A program made the position numbers and the translations under genes. Shown here one piece after another: positions 13,803 through 27,503 of a stretch of 64,000 nt of DNA; position 1 is the first letter of the stretch, and every line of letters begins with the position of its first letter. Source of the stretch: Eledone cirrhosa (Eukaryota). The notes below the pieces were generated by a model. The model did no database searches, had not been told where the DNA came from, and saw only the letters and a list, made by a program, of their open reading frames with translations. The stretch is from positions 23,250,001-23,314,000 of the forward strand of contig OZ024746.1 in the NCBI GenBank assembly GCA_964016885.1, in the 5' to 3' direction.

Positions 13803-14513
13803 AGAGAAAGATATATATATATATATGTGTGTGCGGCGGGCTTTTACGGCATTGGTCAACCCGAGGATATAGTAGGAGACAGTTTCCTAAAAGGTGCCGA
13901 ACCATGAGACTGAACCCTTAACGACGTGGTTACGAAGCCGAACTCCTGAACCACATAGCTCTGCCCACGCCAATTGTTATAGGTAGAGGATCGGACGCCA
14001 TGCTTTACAGCGTAGTTTATGGCCCTTTACTTTCTCAGTTCAAATCCCGCCAAGGTTAACTTTGCCTTTCATCCTTACGGATGTCGATAAAATAAAGTAC
14101 CAGTAATACACTGAGTAATTGCTGGCCTTGTGCCAAAAGTAGAAACATTATTATTTTTTTTTTTGGCAATCGTTTTTTTTTACCTGAGGTCATATAATAA
14201 ATATATTCAATACATTATATTGCGGTAGATTAATGTTCGTTTAATTAATTCCTAATTAACAATCAACCAATTATATATTTACCTTTTTTATTTTGTTTGT
14301 AGATGTTCAGTGAGGTGAACTTCATTTTTTCATTTTGTTAAAGATGAACTTTAATTGGTATGACAAATATATTGGCATACTTGTAATTCATTGCCCTCTC
14401 CCCATCTGTGGTGGTGGTGGTGGTGGTGGTAGTAGGGGTGGGGGCTAAGAACTTTCTTGATTGGATATATTTTTTAACAAATTTTGCTGGGATGTAGCTA
14501 ATGATTATGTTAA

Positions 14514-14703
14514 TAATTGTTTCTACTTTAGGCACAAGGCCAGCAATTATCCAGCGCATTACTGGTACTTTATTTTATCGACCCCGTAAAGATGAAAGGC
14601 AAAGTCAACCTCGGCGGGATTTGAACTCAGATCGTAAAGGGACGTAACTATGTTGGAAAGCATGCCGTCCGACTCTCTACCGATACTGCCAATCCACCGC
14701 CCT
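14514..14703 (-). mobile_element. tRNA-SINE, Nin/Deu-domain-like family copy
   Basis: Full-length reverse copy flanked by GATTATGTTAATAAT duplications. A plus-strand copy lies at about 13980-14150. Confidence 0.85.
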
Positions 14704-15559
14704 TTGATTATGTTAATAATAATGATTATGTTAATAATATATATAATCATCATCATCACAACCACCATCACCATCATCATCATCATCATTTAACATCCAT
14801 TTTCCACGCTAGCATGGGTTAGACGAGTTGTTGTCCTGTTGTGAGATAAGACAGATCAGATTACTGTGTCTTGCTCATACACAACTGTTTCTGTATTTCT
14901 TGGTTTCTATGCCTTTCCTAACGTCAACCATATTTACAATGTGGACAGTGCTTTTTATTGTGGCATCAAAACGACCACTTTACAGAGTGTATATATATAT
15001 ACACACACACACATATATATATTTTCACCATTCCTAGTTGTAGAAATATTACATTCCTATAGAAAATCTATGACACTATCTTGATTGATATTATTTGTAG
15101 TCAGCATGAAAGAAATTGTTTATTATATACTTTGGTTATTATATAGTTTCGTTCAATAATGACTCCACCTTCTGATATATGTTTACGGTTGACTTAACAT
15201 AAACTTGGAATTGTTTTCATTGTACCTTTGAATTCTATGTTGATACTTAATAATATAACAATATCGGTTTTCAACACATGGTTTCACATCACGAATCTTG
15301 CAAAATAAATACATAAACATTAAGATGGAAGATTTTTAGATAAATATAAACAGTTTTGGCATGTGGTTTAGTAGTTAGAGTGTTGGAATTGTGATCATAA
15401 GGTGGTGTGTTATGTTCTCAAGCAAGAGAGTTAATTTCATGTTGCTTTCCATGATAGAACTGAGGCCCTATCATTAAAACACTCAAGAAACCTCCTATGA
15501 GATACAACCATGTAGGAGGCTGACAAATCAAAATAAGCATAAGCTTCTTGTTTTTTATC

Positions 15560-16330
15560 CAATTATTCCTGGGAGGGTTGTGAGGGCAGAGCTCTCAAAC
15601 ACTCCTTTCAGCAGGTCCTGACAGACGCAACCATCCCCAACTGATCTGGTTGGATCCCCTAGTGAGACCAGCCAAGCTCATGGATGTTGTCAAACTATCT
15701 TGCTCAGGTCTACACCTGGGTCTCCTGCTGGTTAGTTTGGACAGTAAAATCTGTCCAGTGATTCTTTCCTGAGACATTTTAATCACATTCCCATAGTATC
15801 AGAGCTGTGGTATCTAAATTTGGAGAAGTAGTGGCTCTACCTGGAGTGACTCTCTGAGTTACACATTCTATCAAGTAATGTTATTCCGAAGACCCTTCGG
15901 AGGAACCCCATTTTGATTGCTTGTATTTGCGATCGCATTCTTTCAGTCATTACCCAAGATTCATTACCATAGGCAAGGGTTGGCATGAACAATGAATTGA
16001 AGATAACGTGTTTGGCTTTTACACCTACCTCCTTTTTTCTGATTACCGAATGCTGAAGCTAGCGCATTACTGCACCAGCTCCTGCAATTCTTGCACTTAG
16101 TTCAGTGTCCTGCCTTTCATCACTCATGAACACAGCCCTGAACTTCACCAGTTTCAGTGGAACTCCATTCACAAGTGGTGTACACTACGCAAGCTTCCTT
16201 GAGAGGACAAGTGTCTCAGTTTTCGTGGCACTGATTTTAATTCCAGCCATGCAGCACTCAACATCAAACCTATCAAGTGTAAATTGGTGATCACCTTTCT
16301 GTCGAGTTAAGTAACACCATGTCGTCTGAA
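15560..16330 (-). mobile_element. Degenerate RTE-clade LINE fragment
   Basis: Minus-strand translation gives FMPTLAYGNESWVMTERMRSQIQAIKMGFLRRVFGIT, with stops and frameshifts elsewhere. Related 3' pieces at about 7330-7520 and 34660-34870. Confidence 0.75.
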
Positions 16331-16561
16331 AATAAGCATGAGCTGTACATTTAATTTCATCTTGATTGAACCAGGGTCAGTTTCAAGTGGTTTTATATGG
16401 AAAGCATTAAATGTATGCCTGGTTGTCTAGTAGTCTAGTCTATAATAATGTTATGGTGACACTGAAATGCATTGATGTATTGAATTTATATATGGGTGTA
16501 TGTGTGTATATATACATATATACATTATATATATATATACATTATATTATATATATATATA

Positions 16562-16752
16562 GGGCGGTGAATTGGCAGTATCGGTAGAGGGTCGGACTCC
16601 ATACTTTGACGCATAGAGTTACGGCCCTTGCTATTCTGAGTTCAAATCCCGCCGAGGTTAACTTTGCCTTTCATCCTTATGAGGTCGATAAAATAAAGTA
16701 CCAGTAATGCACTGGGGAATTGCTGGCCTTGTGCCAAAAGTAGAAACAATTA
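16562..16752 (+). mobile_element. Full-length ~190-bp tRNA-SINE with Nin/Deu-like domain
   Basis: A-box-like TGGCAGTATCGG, B-box GAGTTCAAATCC, core AACTTTGCCTTTCATCCTTATGAGGTCGATAAAATAAAGTACCAG, tail AGAAACAATTA. More than 15 related copies in the window. Confidence 0.85.
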
Positions 16753-17482
16753 TTTATATATATTATTATTATTGTATATTTATTTATTTTGCTGTCTACA
16801 GTTATTCTTTTCAAAAGATTTTTTTCCAGTTTTAATGTGTTGATTGTTCACCTGTTTCATTCCAATAGTTGCATGAGTTAGCTGTTGTATTGAAACACTC
16901 CCAACTTTTCAATGATTTATTGCACATGCATACACTCACACATACACGCACACATGCTTACAAACACAACCTCATACATATGCATGCCATACACATACGC
17001 ATGCATATGTACACACAAACACCCCCCACACATACACACACACACAATGTCTAGAAAATAAAGAATAGAAATAAATATGTAAATTGTTGGAGGTATTTGA
17101 CATGTGTGGGTGACACAAATAGTGTCAATATATATCTTGTATATCATATTACGATATCATATGTGGTGTATATATATCATATGGTGTATATATACCATGT
17201 TATAGATACATATATCATATTGTAAATATATATCATGTTGGTAGATATATCATGTGGTAGATATATCATGTTGGTAGATATATCATGTTGGTAGATATAT
17301 CATGTAGTAGATATATATCATGTAGTAGATATATATCATGTAGTAGATATATATCATGTAATAGATATATATCATGTAGTAGATATATATCATGTAATAG
17401 ATATATATCATGTAATAGATATATATCATGTAGTAGATATATATCATATTGTAAATATATATAATGTTGGTAAATATATATA

Positions 17483-17673
17483 TAATTGTTTCTACGTTTG
17501 GCACAAGGCCAGAAATTACCCAGAGCATTACTGGTACTTTATTTTATTGACCCCGTAAGGATGAAAGGCAAAGTTAACCTCGGCAGGATTTGAACTCAGA
17601 ATGGCAAGGGCCGTAACTCTATACGTCAAAGCATAGCGTCCGACCCTCTACCGATACTGCCAATCCACCGCCC
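17483..17673 (-). mobile_element. tRNA-SINE, same family
   Basis: Reverse copy flanked by the duplication GGTAAATATATATATAAT. Confidence 0.85.
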
Positions 17674-18443
17674 TTGAAACAGGTAAATATATATATAATG
17701 TTGGTAGATATATATCATATTGGTATATATATATATATCATGTTGGTATATATATATATATATATAAATATAAATTATCGAGAATCGCATTTCAGCCCAC
17801 GAAATAACGAAAAACAACCTCCGAGATGTGTGGCAAGTGCTCAATGATTCAGATGAACCAGAGCTATAACAAACGTTAAAGGCCAAACACACTGAGACGA
17901 TGGTTAAACAATCATTCGCATAGCCAAAAAAAAACGATCAAGTAATTCGGGTCAAACAAATAAAAAATATTATATATATATATATCATGTTGGTATATAT
18001 ATAATGTTGTAGATATATATCATATTGCAGATGTATATGATGTATGTATATATATATCATGTGTAGATATATCATGTTGTAGATAGATATCATTGTTGTG
18101 TCATCATCATCATCATCACCGTTTTACGTCCGTTCTTCCACGCTAGCATGGGTTAGACAGGTTGTCCTGTTGTGGGCAGTGTCTGGTCGGCTGACCATGC
18201 CTTGCTCATACAGGAACTGATTTGGCTTGATTTCTACAGCGGGATGCCCTTCCTAACACCAACCTCATTTACAGTGAGTGCTGGGTGCTTTTTCGTGGCA
18301 CCTACACATCCACTTTACAGTGTGGGCTGGGTGCTTTTTTGCCGTGGCACCTCCACGACCACCTTGCAGTGGGAGGGTGTGGGGGCATATTGTCTATATG
18401 CTTCAGCTTGTACCCATGGGAGGTCGGGTACTCTGTATATATA

Positions 18444-18643
18444 TAACGAAGGAAATGTGGTAAGGAACCAGATGGACCATAACACACCAAAATACTCAAT
18501 ATTTAGGGTAGTAGAGTGGGTAATAGGAACGAGTAGGACCCCGACGACTGAGCTCAAGCCGTTTCGACGGCTAATTCTGGACTAAAATGTAGAATTAGCC
18601 GTCGAAACGGCTTGAGCTCAGCCGTCGGGGTCCTACTCGTTCC

Positions 18644-18646
<3 letters not shown>
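18444..18646. mobile_element. Putative Penelope-like relic with a 56-bp-arm hairpin and the 3' half of a hammerhead
   Basis: Arms 18523-18578 and 18591-18646 (1 mismatch), 12-nt loop. Contains GAAA-CGGC-TTGAGCTCA-GCCG-TC. Flanked by TA runs. Confidence 0.6.
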
Positions 18647-18710
<64 letters not shown>

Positions 18711-18829
18711 AGGTATATTATGTCGTAGATATATATCATGTTGTAATATATATGTTGTGAATATATATCATGTTATATGTAGATATTGTTGTAGGGATAT
18801 ATCATGTAGATATATATATATATACTATT

Positions 18830-21255
18830 GTAGATATATCATGTCGTAGATACACCATTTCTGTAGATATACCATGTTGTGGATATATCATGTTGTAGAT
18901 ATATATCATGTTATAGATATATATCATGTTGTAGATATATATCATGTTGTAGATATATATCATGTTGTAGATATATATCATGTTGTATATATATATCATA
19001 TTGTATATATATATCATGTTGTAGATATATATCATGTTATAGATATATATCATGTTATAGATATATATCATGTTGTAGATATATATCATGTTGTAGATAT
19101 ATATATATATATATATTTATATATGTAGATATATATCATGTTATATATATATATATATCATGTTATAGATATATATCATGTTATAGATATATATCATGTT
19201 ATAGATATATATCATGTTGTAGATATATATCATGTTGTAGATATATATCATGTTATAGATATATATCATGTTGTAGATATATATCATGTTATAGATATAT
19301 ATCATGTTGTAGATATATATCATGTTATAGATATATATCATGTTATAGATATATATCATGTTGTAGATATATATCATGTTGTAGATATATATATATATAT
19401 ATTTATATATGTAGATATATATCATGTTATATATATATATATCATGTTATAGATATATATCATGTTGTAGATATATATCATGTTGTAGATATATATCATG
19501 TTATAGATATATATCATGTTGTAGATATATATCATGTTATAGATATATATCATGTTGTAGATATATATCATGTTATAGATATATATCATGTTATAGATAT
19601 ATATCATGTTGTAGATATATATCATGTTGTAGATATATATATATATATATTTATATATGTAGATATATATCATGTTATATATATATATATATATCATGTT
19701 ATAGATATATATCATGTTATAGATATATATCATGTTATAGATATATATCATGTTGTAGATATATATCATGTTGTAGATATATATCATGTTATAGATATAT
19801 ATCATGTTGTAGATATATATCATGTTATAGATATATATCATGTTGTAGATATATATCATGTTATAGATATATATCATGTTATAGATATATATCATGTTGT
19901 AGATATATATCATGTTGTAGATATATATATATATATATTTATATATGTAGATATATATCATGTTATATATATATATATATATCATGTTATAGATATATAT
20001 CATGTTATAGATATATATCATGTTATAGATATATATCATGTTGTAGATATATATCATGTTGTAGATATATATCATGTTATAGATATATATCATGTTGTAG
20101 ATATATATCATGTTATAGATATATATCATGTTGTAGATATATATCATGTTATAGATATATATCATGTTATAGATATATATCATGTTGTAGATATATATCA
20201 TGTTGTAGATATATATATATATATATTTATATATGTAGATATATATCATGTTATATATATATATATATCATGTTATAGATATATATCATGTTGTAGATAT
20301 ATATCATGTTGTAGATATATATCATGTTATAGATATATATCATGTTGTAGATATATATCATGTTATAGATATATATCATGTTATAGATATATATCATGTT
20401 GTAGATATATATCATGTTATAGATATATATCATGTTGTAGATATATATCATGTTATAGATATATATCATGTTATAGATATATATCATGTTGTAGATATAT
20501 ATCATGTTGTAGATATATATATATATATATATTTATATATGTAGATATATATCATGTTATATATATATATATCATGTTATAGATATATATCATGTTGTAG
20601 ATATATATCATGTTATAGATATATATCATGTAGATATATATCATGTTGTAGATATATATCATGTTATAGATATATATCATGTTGTAGATATATATCATGT
20701 TATAGATATATATCATGTTGTAGATATATATCATGTTATAGATATATATCATGTTGTAGATATAAATCATGTTGTAGATATATATCATGTTGTAGATATA
20801 TATATATATATTTATATATGTAGATATATATCATGTTATATATATATATATATCATGTTATAGATATATATCATGTTGTAGATATATATCATGTTATAGA
20901 TATATATCATGTTATAGATATATATCATGTTGTAGATATATATCATGTTATAGATATATATCATGTTGTAGATATATATCATGTTATAGATATATATCAT
21001 GTTATAGATATATATCATGTTGTAGATATATATCATGTTGTAGATATATATCATGTTGTAGATATATATCATGTTGTAGATATATATATATATATATATT
21101 TATATATGTAGATATATATCATGTTATATATATATATATCATGTTATAGATATATATCATGTTGTAGATATATATCATGTTGTAGATATATATCATGTTG
21201 TAGATATATATCATGTTGTAGATATATATCATGTTATAGATATATATCATGTTGT

Positions 21256-21260
<5 letters not shown>
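18830..21260. repeat. 18-bp minisatellite with higher-order structure
   Basis: Unit ATCATGTTRTAGATATAT; blocks separated every ~250-300 bp by (TA)n-TTTATATATGTAG. A related array lies at about 17230-17460. Confidence 0.95.
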
Positions 21261-21324
<64 letters not shown>

Positions 21325-23204
21325 GTGTAGATATATATCATATTATTGAGATATGTTGTAAAAATATCATGTCATACATACATCATTGTTGTAGATATAT
21401 ATATAATGTTGTAGAGATGTCATGTTGTAAGATTTATTTTCTGAAGGAAAGCATGGCAGTGATCTCAAAGTTTATATATTATAGAAACTAGATGAGAGCA
21501 ATGTCGTCTCCTCCTCCCCCCCCCCCCTCTCTCTCTATCTATATATATCACTTTCGCTTGGCGCTCTCCCTTTCTGTATATACATGAGGGCAAAGTCATA
21601 ACTTTCTGTCCATCTACCTTTGTGTGTCACCTCGAAAACACAGCGTTCCCTTTTCTCACTCTATCTATGTACATGTCTCTTACTTGCCGCTCCTCCTCTC
21701 TATATAAAGTGTGACAGACAGACAGACACACGGCACTCTTATTGTAATGTAGATTCAAATATGTTTGTTTTCATAAGTTAGTCGAGGGAGAGAGGCCAGT
21801 ACATGTGACCTTTACATGGACTGGTCCATCTATTCCAGTTATACCATGTCTCTAATCAGCTGAGGACTGTCCATGCTGTACAGTCCACTGATTAATCATA
21901 TGGGACACAATGTGATGACAGCAACAACAACAACAACAAATCTCTAAACAAATTCTTCCTCTTGTCCCTATACTTCTCTAAGTGTCCCACAATAAAAATT
22001 ACATCAATATTATTTTTCCTGGTACAAATACAAACTGCATTTCATCAATCTTCATTTTTTTCTTTATCCTTTTCTCTAACACCCTTTCCAATACCTTCAT
22101 TCCATGTTCTCAATATTCTCTGGCAGAAATCTGTTGTATTCAAACCTGAAGAGATGGTCTCCACCAGGTTTGGTTTTTTTTTTTTACAAAATTGCGCTAG
22201 GAACGCAGGGTATCAATTCAGTGTCCCTACAACTCCCCCAGGAGTTATGGTCTTTGCATCTATGCCTATAGTATAGTATGTAGCATGAAATATATCATAG
22301 TGTATAGTATGGTGTCTAGCATAGGACATAGTACAGTATATAACACTGTATATAGCATAATTATATAGCATAGATAGTATTGTATATGGCACAGTTTATG
22401 ACAGTATATAGCATTGTATATAACACAGTATATTTTCTAGTGTAGTATATAGTATGTTATAGAGTATAGTACATAGTATGGTATATAATATATAGCATAG
22501 TATATACACTCCATGCCCTAAATATTGCTGCGCCCCCAACTTAAAATACACTGCTGTATACTATTTTCATCAGGGTGGCTATCTTGTTTGCTTTGATGGT
22601 TAACCAATGCAACATGTCCTATTTCTTACATAAGCTTGATAATATTCCTCTAATAGACATTTGTCTAGCAGTAATTCTGTAATTAGCCCACCCTCATGCC
22701 ACCCTCATCTAGCTGAGATAGAAGTGCTCTGTGCTTGCTATTGGGCGTCCTATCTACCAACCTGCTTCATATTTTACTACACCAATTCCACTGCTCTTCT
22801 GTGAGATAATATTACAGGGTGTTTTTAAAAGTATTGTTGTACCAAAGAGATAAAGTGAGAGTGGCGGGGGGGGGGGGGTAGATTGTGATTTTCCTTTCAG
22901 TTCATTGTGACATTTACCCAATGACCTCATTATAGTAGTTTTGATACTGCATGTGATCCTATTAAAGTAGCTGTGCTTAAGTCTTTATATACATATACAC
23001 ACACATATATACTATATGCATATATATGTATATATATATACATATAGTATATATGTATATATATATTATTATTATTACTATATATATATATATATAGTAA
23101 TAATAATAATCTGTTATTTTAATAAATATATATATATTATATATATATATATATATATAGTGACGAAACATAAGTCAATTGCATGAACTCATAATCCTTT
23201 ATTT

Positions 23205-23260
23205 ACTGCTATATATATTTCGATGATAGCCATTGAATGGCTATGACCTCATCAGGCAGT
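23205..23260 (-). ncRNA. Minimal type I hammerhead ribozyme
   Basis: Minus strand reads ACTGC-CTGATGA-GGTCATAGCCAT-TCA-ATGGCTATCATC-GAAA-TATATA-TA-GCAGT: stem I, complete catalytic core, stem II, palindromic stem III and a UA cleavage site. Confidence 0.8.
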
Positions 23261-23356
23261 TAGTCAGTTCTTAGATATGCCAGCTCTGTGTTTATGGTGT
23301 TGATGGTATCAGAGCCTTGGGACATATATATATATATATATGTGTGTATATTTTGA

Positions 23357-23430
<74 letters not shown>

Positions 23431-23532
23431 ATATATATGTATATATATATTCAAACCTGGTGGAGCCTTTCTCCTCAGCAGGTTTCTTCCAGAAAATAGG
23501 GAGTGAGAGACACTGGAATGCATATATATATA

Positions 23533-24806
23533 TTAGAGTCAAAAGGACTTAAAATTAACCTGGCTAAGACCAAAGTTCTAGTTTGTAGGAAAGAAAACAA
23601 GGCGGCGGTCCCTTCTGGGAAATGGTCGTGCTCGGTGTGTAGGAAAGGCGTAGGTAGAAACTCCATTTTATGTCCTAAATGCAAAGTATGGGTGCATAAA
23701 AGATGTAGTGGGATCACAGGTAAGCTAACTAAGAACATAGATTTTACATGTGGCCGGTGTTCTGGTGCAATAAGTAGCAGCAAGTGCCCACAAAATACTA
23801 GCTCTTTCAATTGCGCAGAGGGTTCTATAGAAATAGTGGACAGCTTCCGTTACCTGGGCGATAAAATCAGCAGTGGGGGAGGGTGCTCTGAAAGTACTGT
23901 AGCTAGAGTCAGAACTGGTTGGAAAAAGTTCAGAGAGCTTATACCACTATTAGCTGCTAAAGGGTTCTCCCTAAAAATGAAAGGCAGGTTGTACGATGCC
24001 TGCATACGAACAGCAATGCTGCATGGCAGTGAGACCTGGGCATTGTGTGCAGAGGATATACGCAAACTAGAGAGGAATGAAGCTTGCATGCTCCGCTGGA
24101 TGTGTAACAGTAATATACGTGAACGGCAAAGCATAAACGAACTAAGGAAAAAATTAGAGATAAGAGGGATCAGATGTTGTTTACTCGAGAGAAGGCTACG
24201 TTGGTATGGACACGTGATGCGCATGAAAGTCGATAGCTGTATAACAAAGTGCAGGGCAATAAAGATAGATGGTAGTCACGGAATAGGCAGACCTAGAAAA
24301 ACCTGGGACGAGCTGATAAACTCCGACATCACACACTTACACCTCTCCAAGACAATGTCACTGGACCGAGACCTTTGGCGGTACTCAGTAACAGAGAAGA
24401 CCCGCCTTACCTAAATATATAGTAAAACCTACTCCAGCCAGTAGGCATCTCTAACAAAATACACCCCGTCCCACCACCACCACCCCCACCCCATCCACAC
24501 CACCCCATTCTATGTAAAGTTATGTTGGTGCCGCGCCATCCAGGCCGAAACAAATGAGATCGTGTAGGTGTCACGACAAAAAAACACACAGTCCACGCTG
24601 TAATGTGGCCGTGTAGGCAACACGGTAAAAACCTCCCAGACCCACACTGTAAATGTGGTTGGTGTTAGGTAGGGCATCCAACTGTAGAAAACCTGCCAGA
24701 CAGTCCTATGCGAGCAAGACAATCACTCTTGCCTCAAGTGGGACTACCCCCGTCCAAACCCATGCAAGCGTGGAACACGGACGTTAAACGTTGATGATGA
24801 TGATGA
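23533..24806 (+). mobile_element. 5'-truncated young RTE-clade LINE
   Basis: About 290 uninterrupted codons to the stop at 24414: LKINLAKTKVL, a PHD-like Cys/His finger, FRYLG, MLHGSETW, RRLRWYGHVMRM, GRPRKTW. About 390 bp of 3' UTR ends in (GAT)n. Inserted in (TA)n. Confidence 0.9.
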
Positions 24807-24857
24807 TATATATATATATATATACACACACACATCGGTATATATATATATATATAC

Positions 24858-25455
24858 TATGTCGGGTCACTCTTGAGTGCTACTGGTAACATGTAACCCA
24901 GTACAACCTGTCTCATGGTCAGATTGTCGGCAACTAAACCGGCAACCCCACCAAGTTTACTTGGTGAGGAGGGTGATTTTGGACACCCTGCAGGACAAAA
25001 AACAAAACCTGACAAAGGGCGGAAGAACTCATAAGAGTCAATGGCCATCCAAAATTGTGTAAATATGTATATACACATGTACATATGTATGTATATGTAT
25101 ATACGCGGGGACATAGAAATAGTCGGGCTGGATACCCAATCGCGCGGTTAAACCACTGGGAGTGAAGGACCCCTAGCCTTTGTCAGGGCATTCTTCTAGT
25201 AGAAGGCAACTCAGGAAACTGGGATAACTCCGATATAAAACCTGCGGCTCAGTAGTTACCAACGATGTTGATCTTTTCTTCTTTTTGGGTTATAGCTACT
25301 GTCACTCAGAGAGTGGGATTGGCTCAGTGCACAGTCTTTCCTCACTTTAAAAAAATATCTTCACGCACAAGCATTGAATGATAGAATTAATTAATAATTA
25401 TTAATAATGGTATATCGTGCAATGGTCATACTGGATAACGAGGGGCCAGCCATCA
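24858..25455 (+). mobile_element. Probable retroelement-derived segment (RTE 5'-UTR-like)
   Basis: Comparatively GC/CpG-rich insert between TA tracts. AGGGCATTCTTCTAGTAGAAGGCAACTC resembles, from memory, RTE 5' regions. Confidence 0.35.
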
Positions 25456-25620
25456 TATATATATATATACACACACACACACACTGACTGTATGTATATA
25501 TATACACACACACACACACACTGACTGTATGTATATATATACACACACACACACACACACTGACTGTATGTATATATATACACACACACACACACACTGA
25601 CTGTATGTATATATATATGT
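25456..25620. repeat. Compound tandem repeat
   Basis: Four units of (TA)n(CA)n-CTGACTGTATG. Confidence 0.85.
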
Positions 25621-27503
25621 ATCATCATAATCATCATATTTTGATGGCATAGCTTTATCATCTGATTATGATGTAAGACAATGAGGTAGGGGATGCCAAG
25701 TGGCGACTGAGATATATATGTCTTAGAGAATGCCATTCCTTAATTATACTTGGGACAACCGTGCTGCAGAGATCAAAAGCTATTAATATATTGGTCATTG
25801 ACCAGACAAGTCAGTCTACCATGACAGTATTTAAAGGGGAACAGAGCTATGTAAGAATAGAGGTTTTAAATAGATGAAATAAGATACAAACAATTATAAA
25901 GATTGTAAGGTTGCATGAATAATAAGAATTATAATAACATTAAGGAATTTTCAAAAAATAATAAAGTTTGCCAGAACTTACAAACATTATGTGCTAGATT
26001 TATGTTAAATAAGGCAGTTGTTTTTTTAAAACTTCTAATAGCCAGAATTTATGAAAGTGCTTTATTGGAAGAATAAGGGGTTATCAGGCTATTTTGTGTG
26101 TATATATGTGCACTTGTGTTGAGGGTTAATTTAGTGTGGTTTATTTTCAACCAGTACCAACCACTGGATACCACATCCATGATGGATGACTTACATAACA
26201 TTGAGTGCTTTAATTAATTTAAGTCTTTATCATTAAAATTAATATTTAAAAAAATAATTATTATGTATAATTATCATAATTATTTTAAAAAATTTTTAGC
26301 AAAGGACCTCAAATTTCATATAGTTTAGGGCCTCAGCAGGTGAAAGTTCAGCCCTGGTCATTGTGCATTGACCCCTTGTTCCTCCCCTCCTTATAATTCC
26401 CTGACTAAACATTAGGGAATGGGAGATGTTATAGTAGTTGTTTGGGTAAAATAACAACAAAAGCAACAACAAACCCACATCACTGTCTTCTTGACATAAA
26501 GGGGAATTTGTAAAACTTTTGAGATTGTTTATAGAAAGCTGGTCCAATGCAATCTGTTCATTTATAGATATCAGTATTCCTGTCTTTTCATTTGACTACA
26601 AAGCCAGATTGACTCAAGTGGGCAAGAAAAAGATTGGTAGGAATTATAGAGTATAGAATTATCAGAAAAAGAAAATTCTAGAACAACTAGTGTTGTAAAG
26701 CCATTTCCCCTTACTAAAGTAAGGCTTCATACCCATCCTAGGACCCTTTTGAGGCAATATATTACAGCTAGATATCCTTCCTGATGTTAACAATTTTAAT
26801 TGTCTCTTCTGACATGCAGGGATATGATGTACTGGGAAAAAAAATTCTAGAAAAGAAAAATGTATTGTAATAAGTATTTATGTTCTCACAGAGTCTTTCA
26901 GAACTGTTCTGACACTTTGATAAACTTGTTTATATCAAAAATAACATCACAGAAAATAATATAATTTATATGAAGCATTGTAAAAATATGTGGTTATGGT
27001 TGTTTGGAGAAGCTGGTACAACGCAAGTTAGAAATACAGGAGTGGAAACCAGAGTAAAGTAAGACAAACAAAAAAGTTTATATTACACACATTTACAGTT
27101 TATATATTTGTACTAGCTTTCCCCCCAAACAATCTCAGAAAATATTGGTGGATGTCTAAAATATACTAACATACCCAACCAAACTTTGACAGTGTAAAGA
27201 ACTTAGATAAATTAAATAAAGATTTCTAAATCCATTTATATTCTTTAATGATAGATTTAATCTGTTGCCTGGATTAACACGACCACTTGGCCTTTGGGTT
27301 CCTTTATTGGAGTTTATGCTGTTGCACACCAGGCTAGTTCTCTGATTTATGGTTATTATCGTCCCTCCCTTTTTTCCCTCTGACCTGTCTTTGAGGTCTC
27401 TGAAAAATGTTATGGGTGCTGCCCTGCCTCCTCAATATGCAATAAAAAATAGAAAATGGCATCCAATGTAGAACAGGAACCGAGTTGTTCTGCTTGTAGA
27501 TGC

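Noticed and set aside
14303-14314. Micro-exon ATGTTCAGTGAG (and similarly 22127-22168) as 5' exons of the PAR-bZIP gene
   Set aside because: Plausible acceptors but weak donors and no homology; indistinguishable from chance.
16562-16660. tRNA genes
   Set aside because: A/B boxes belong to SINE heads; no complete cloverleaf.
18802-21330. Long ORFs up to 567 aa (YISCCR / IYHVVD repeats)
   Set aside because: Translations of the 18-bp minisatellite; open in several frames on both strands.
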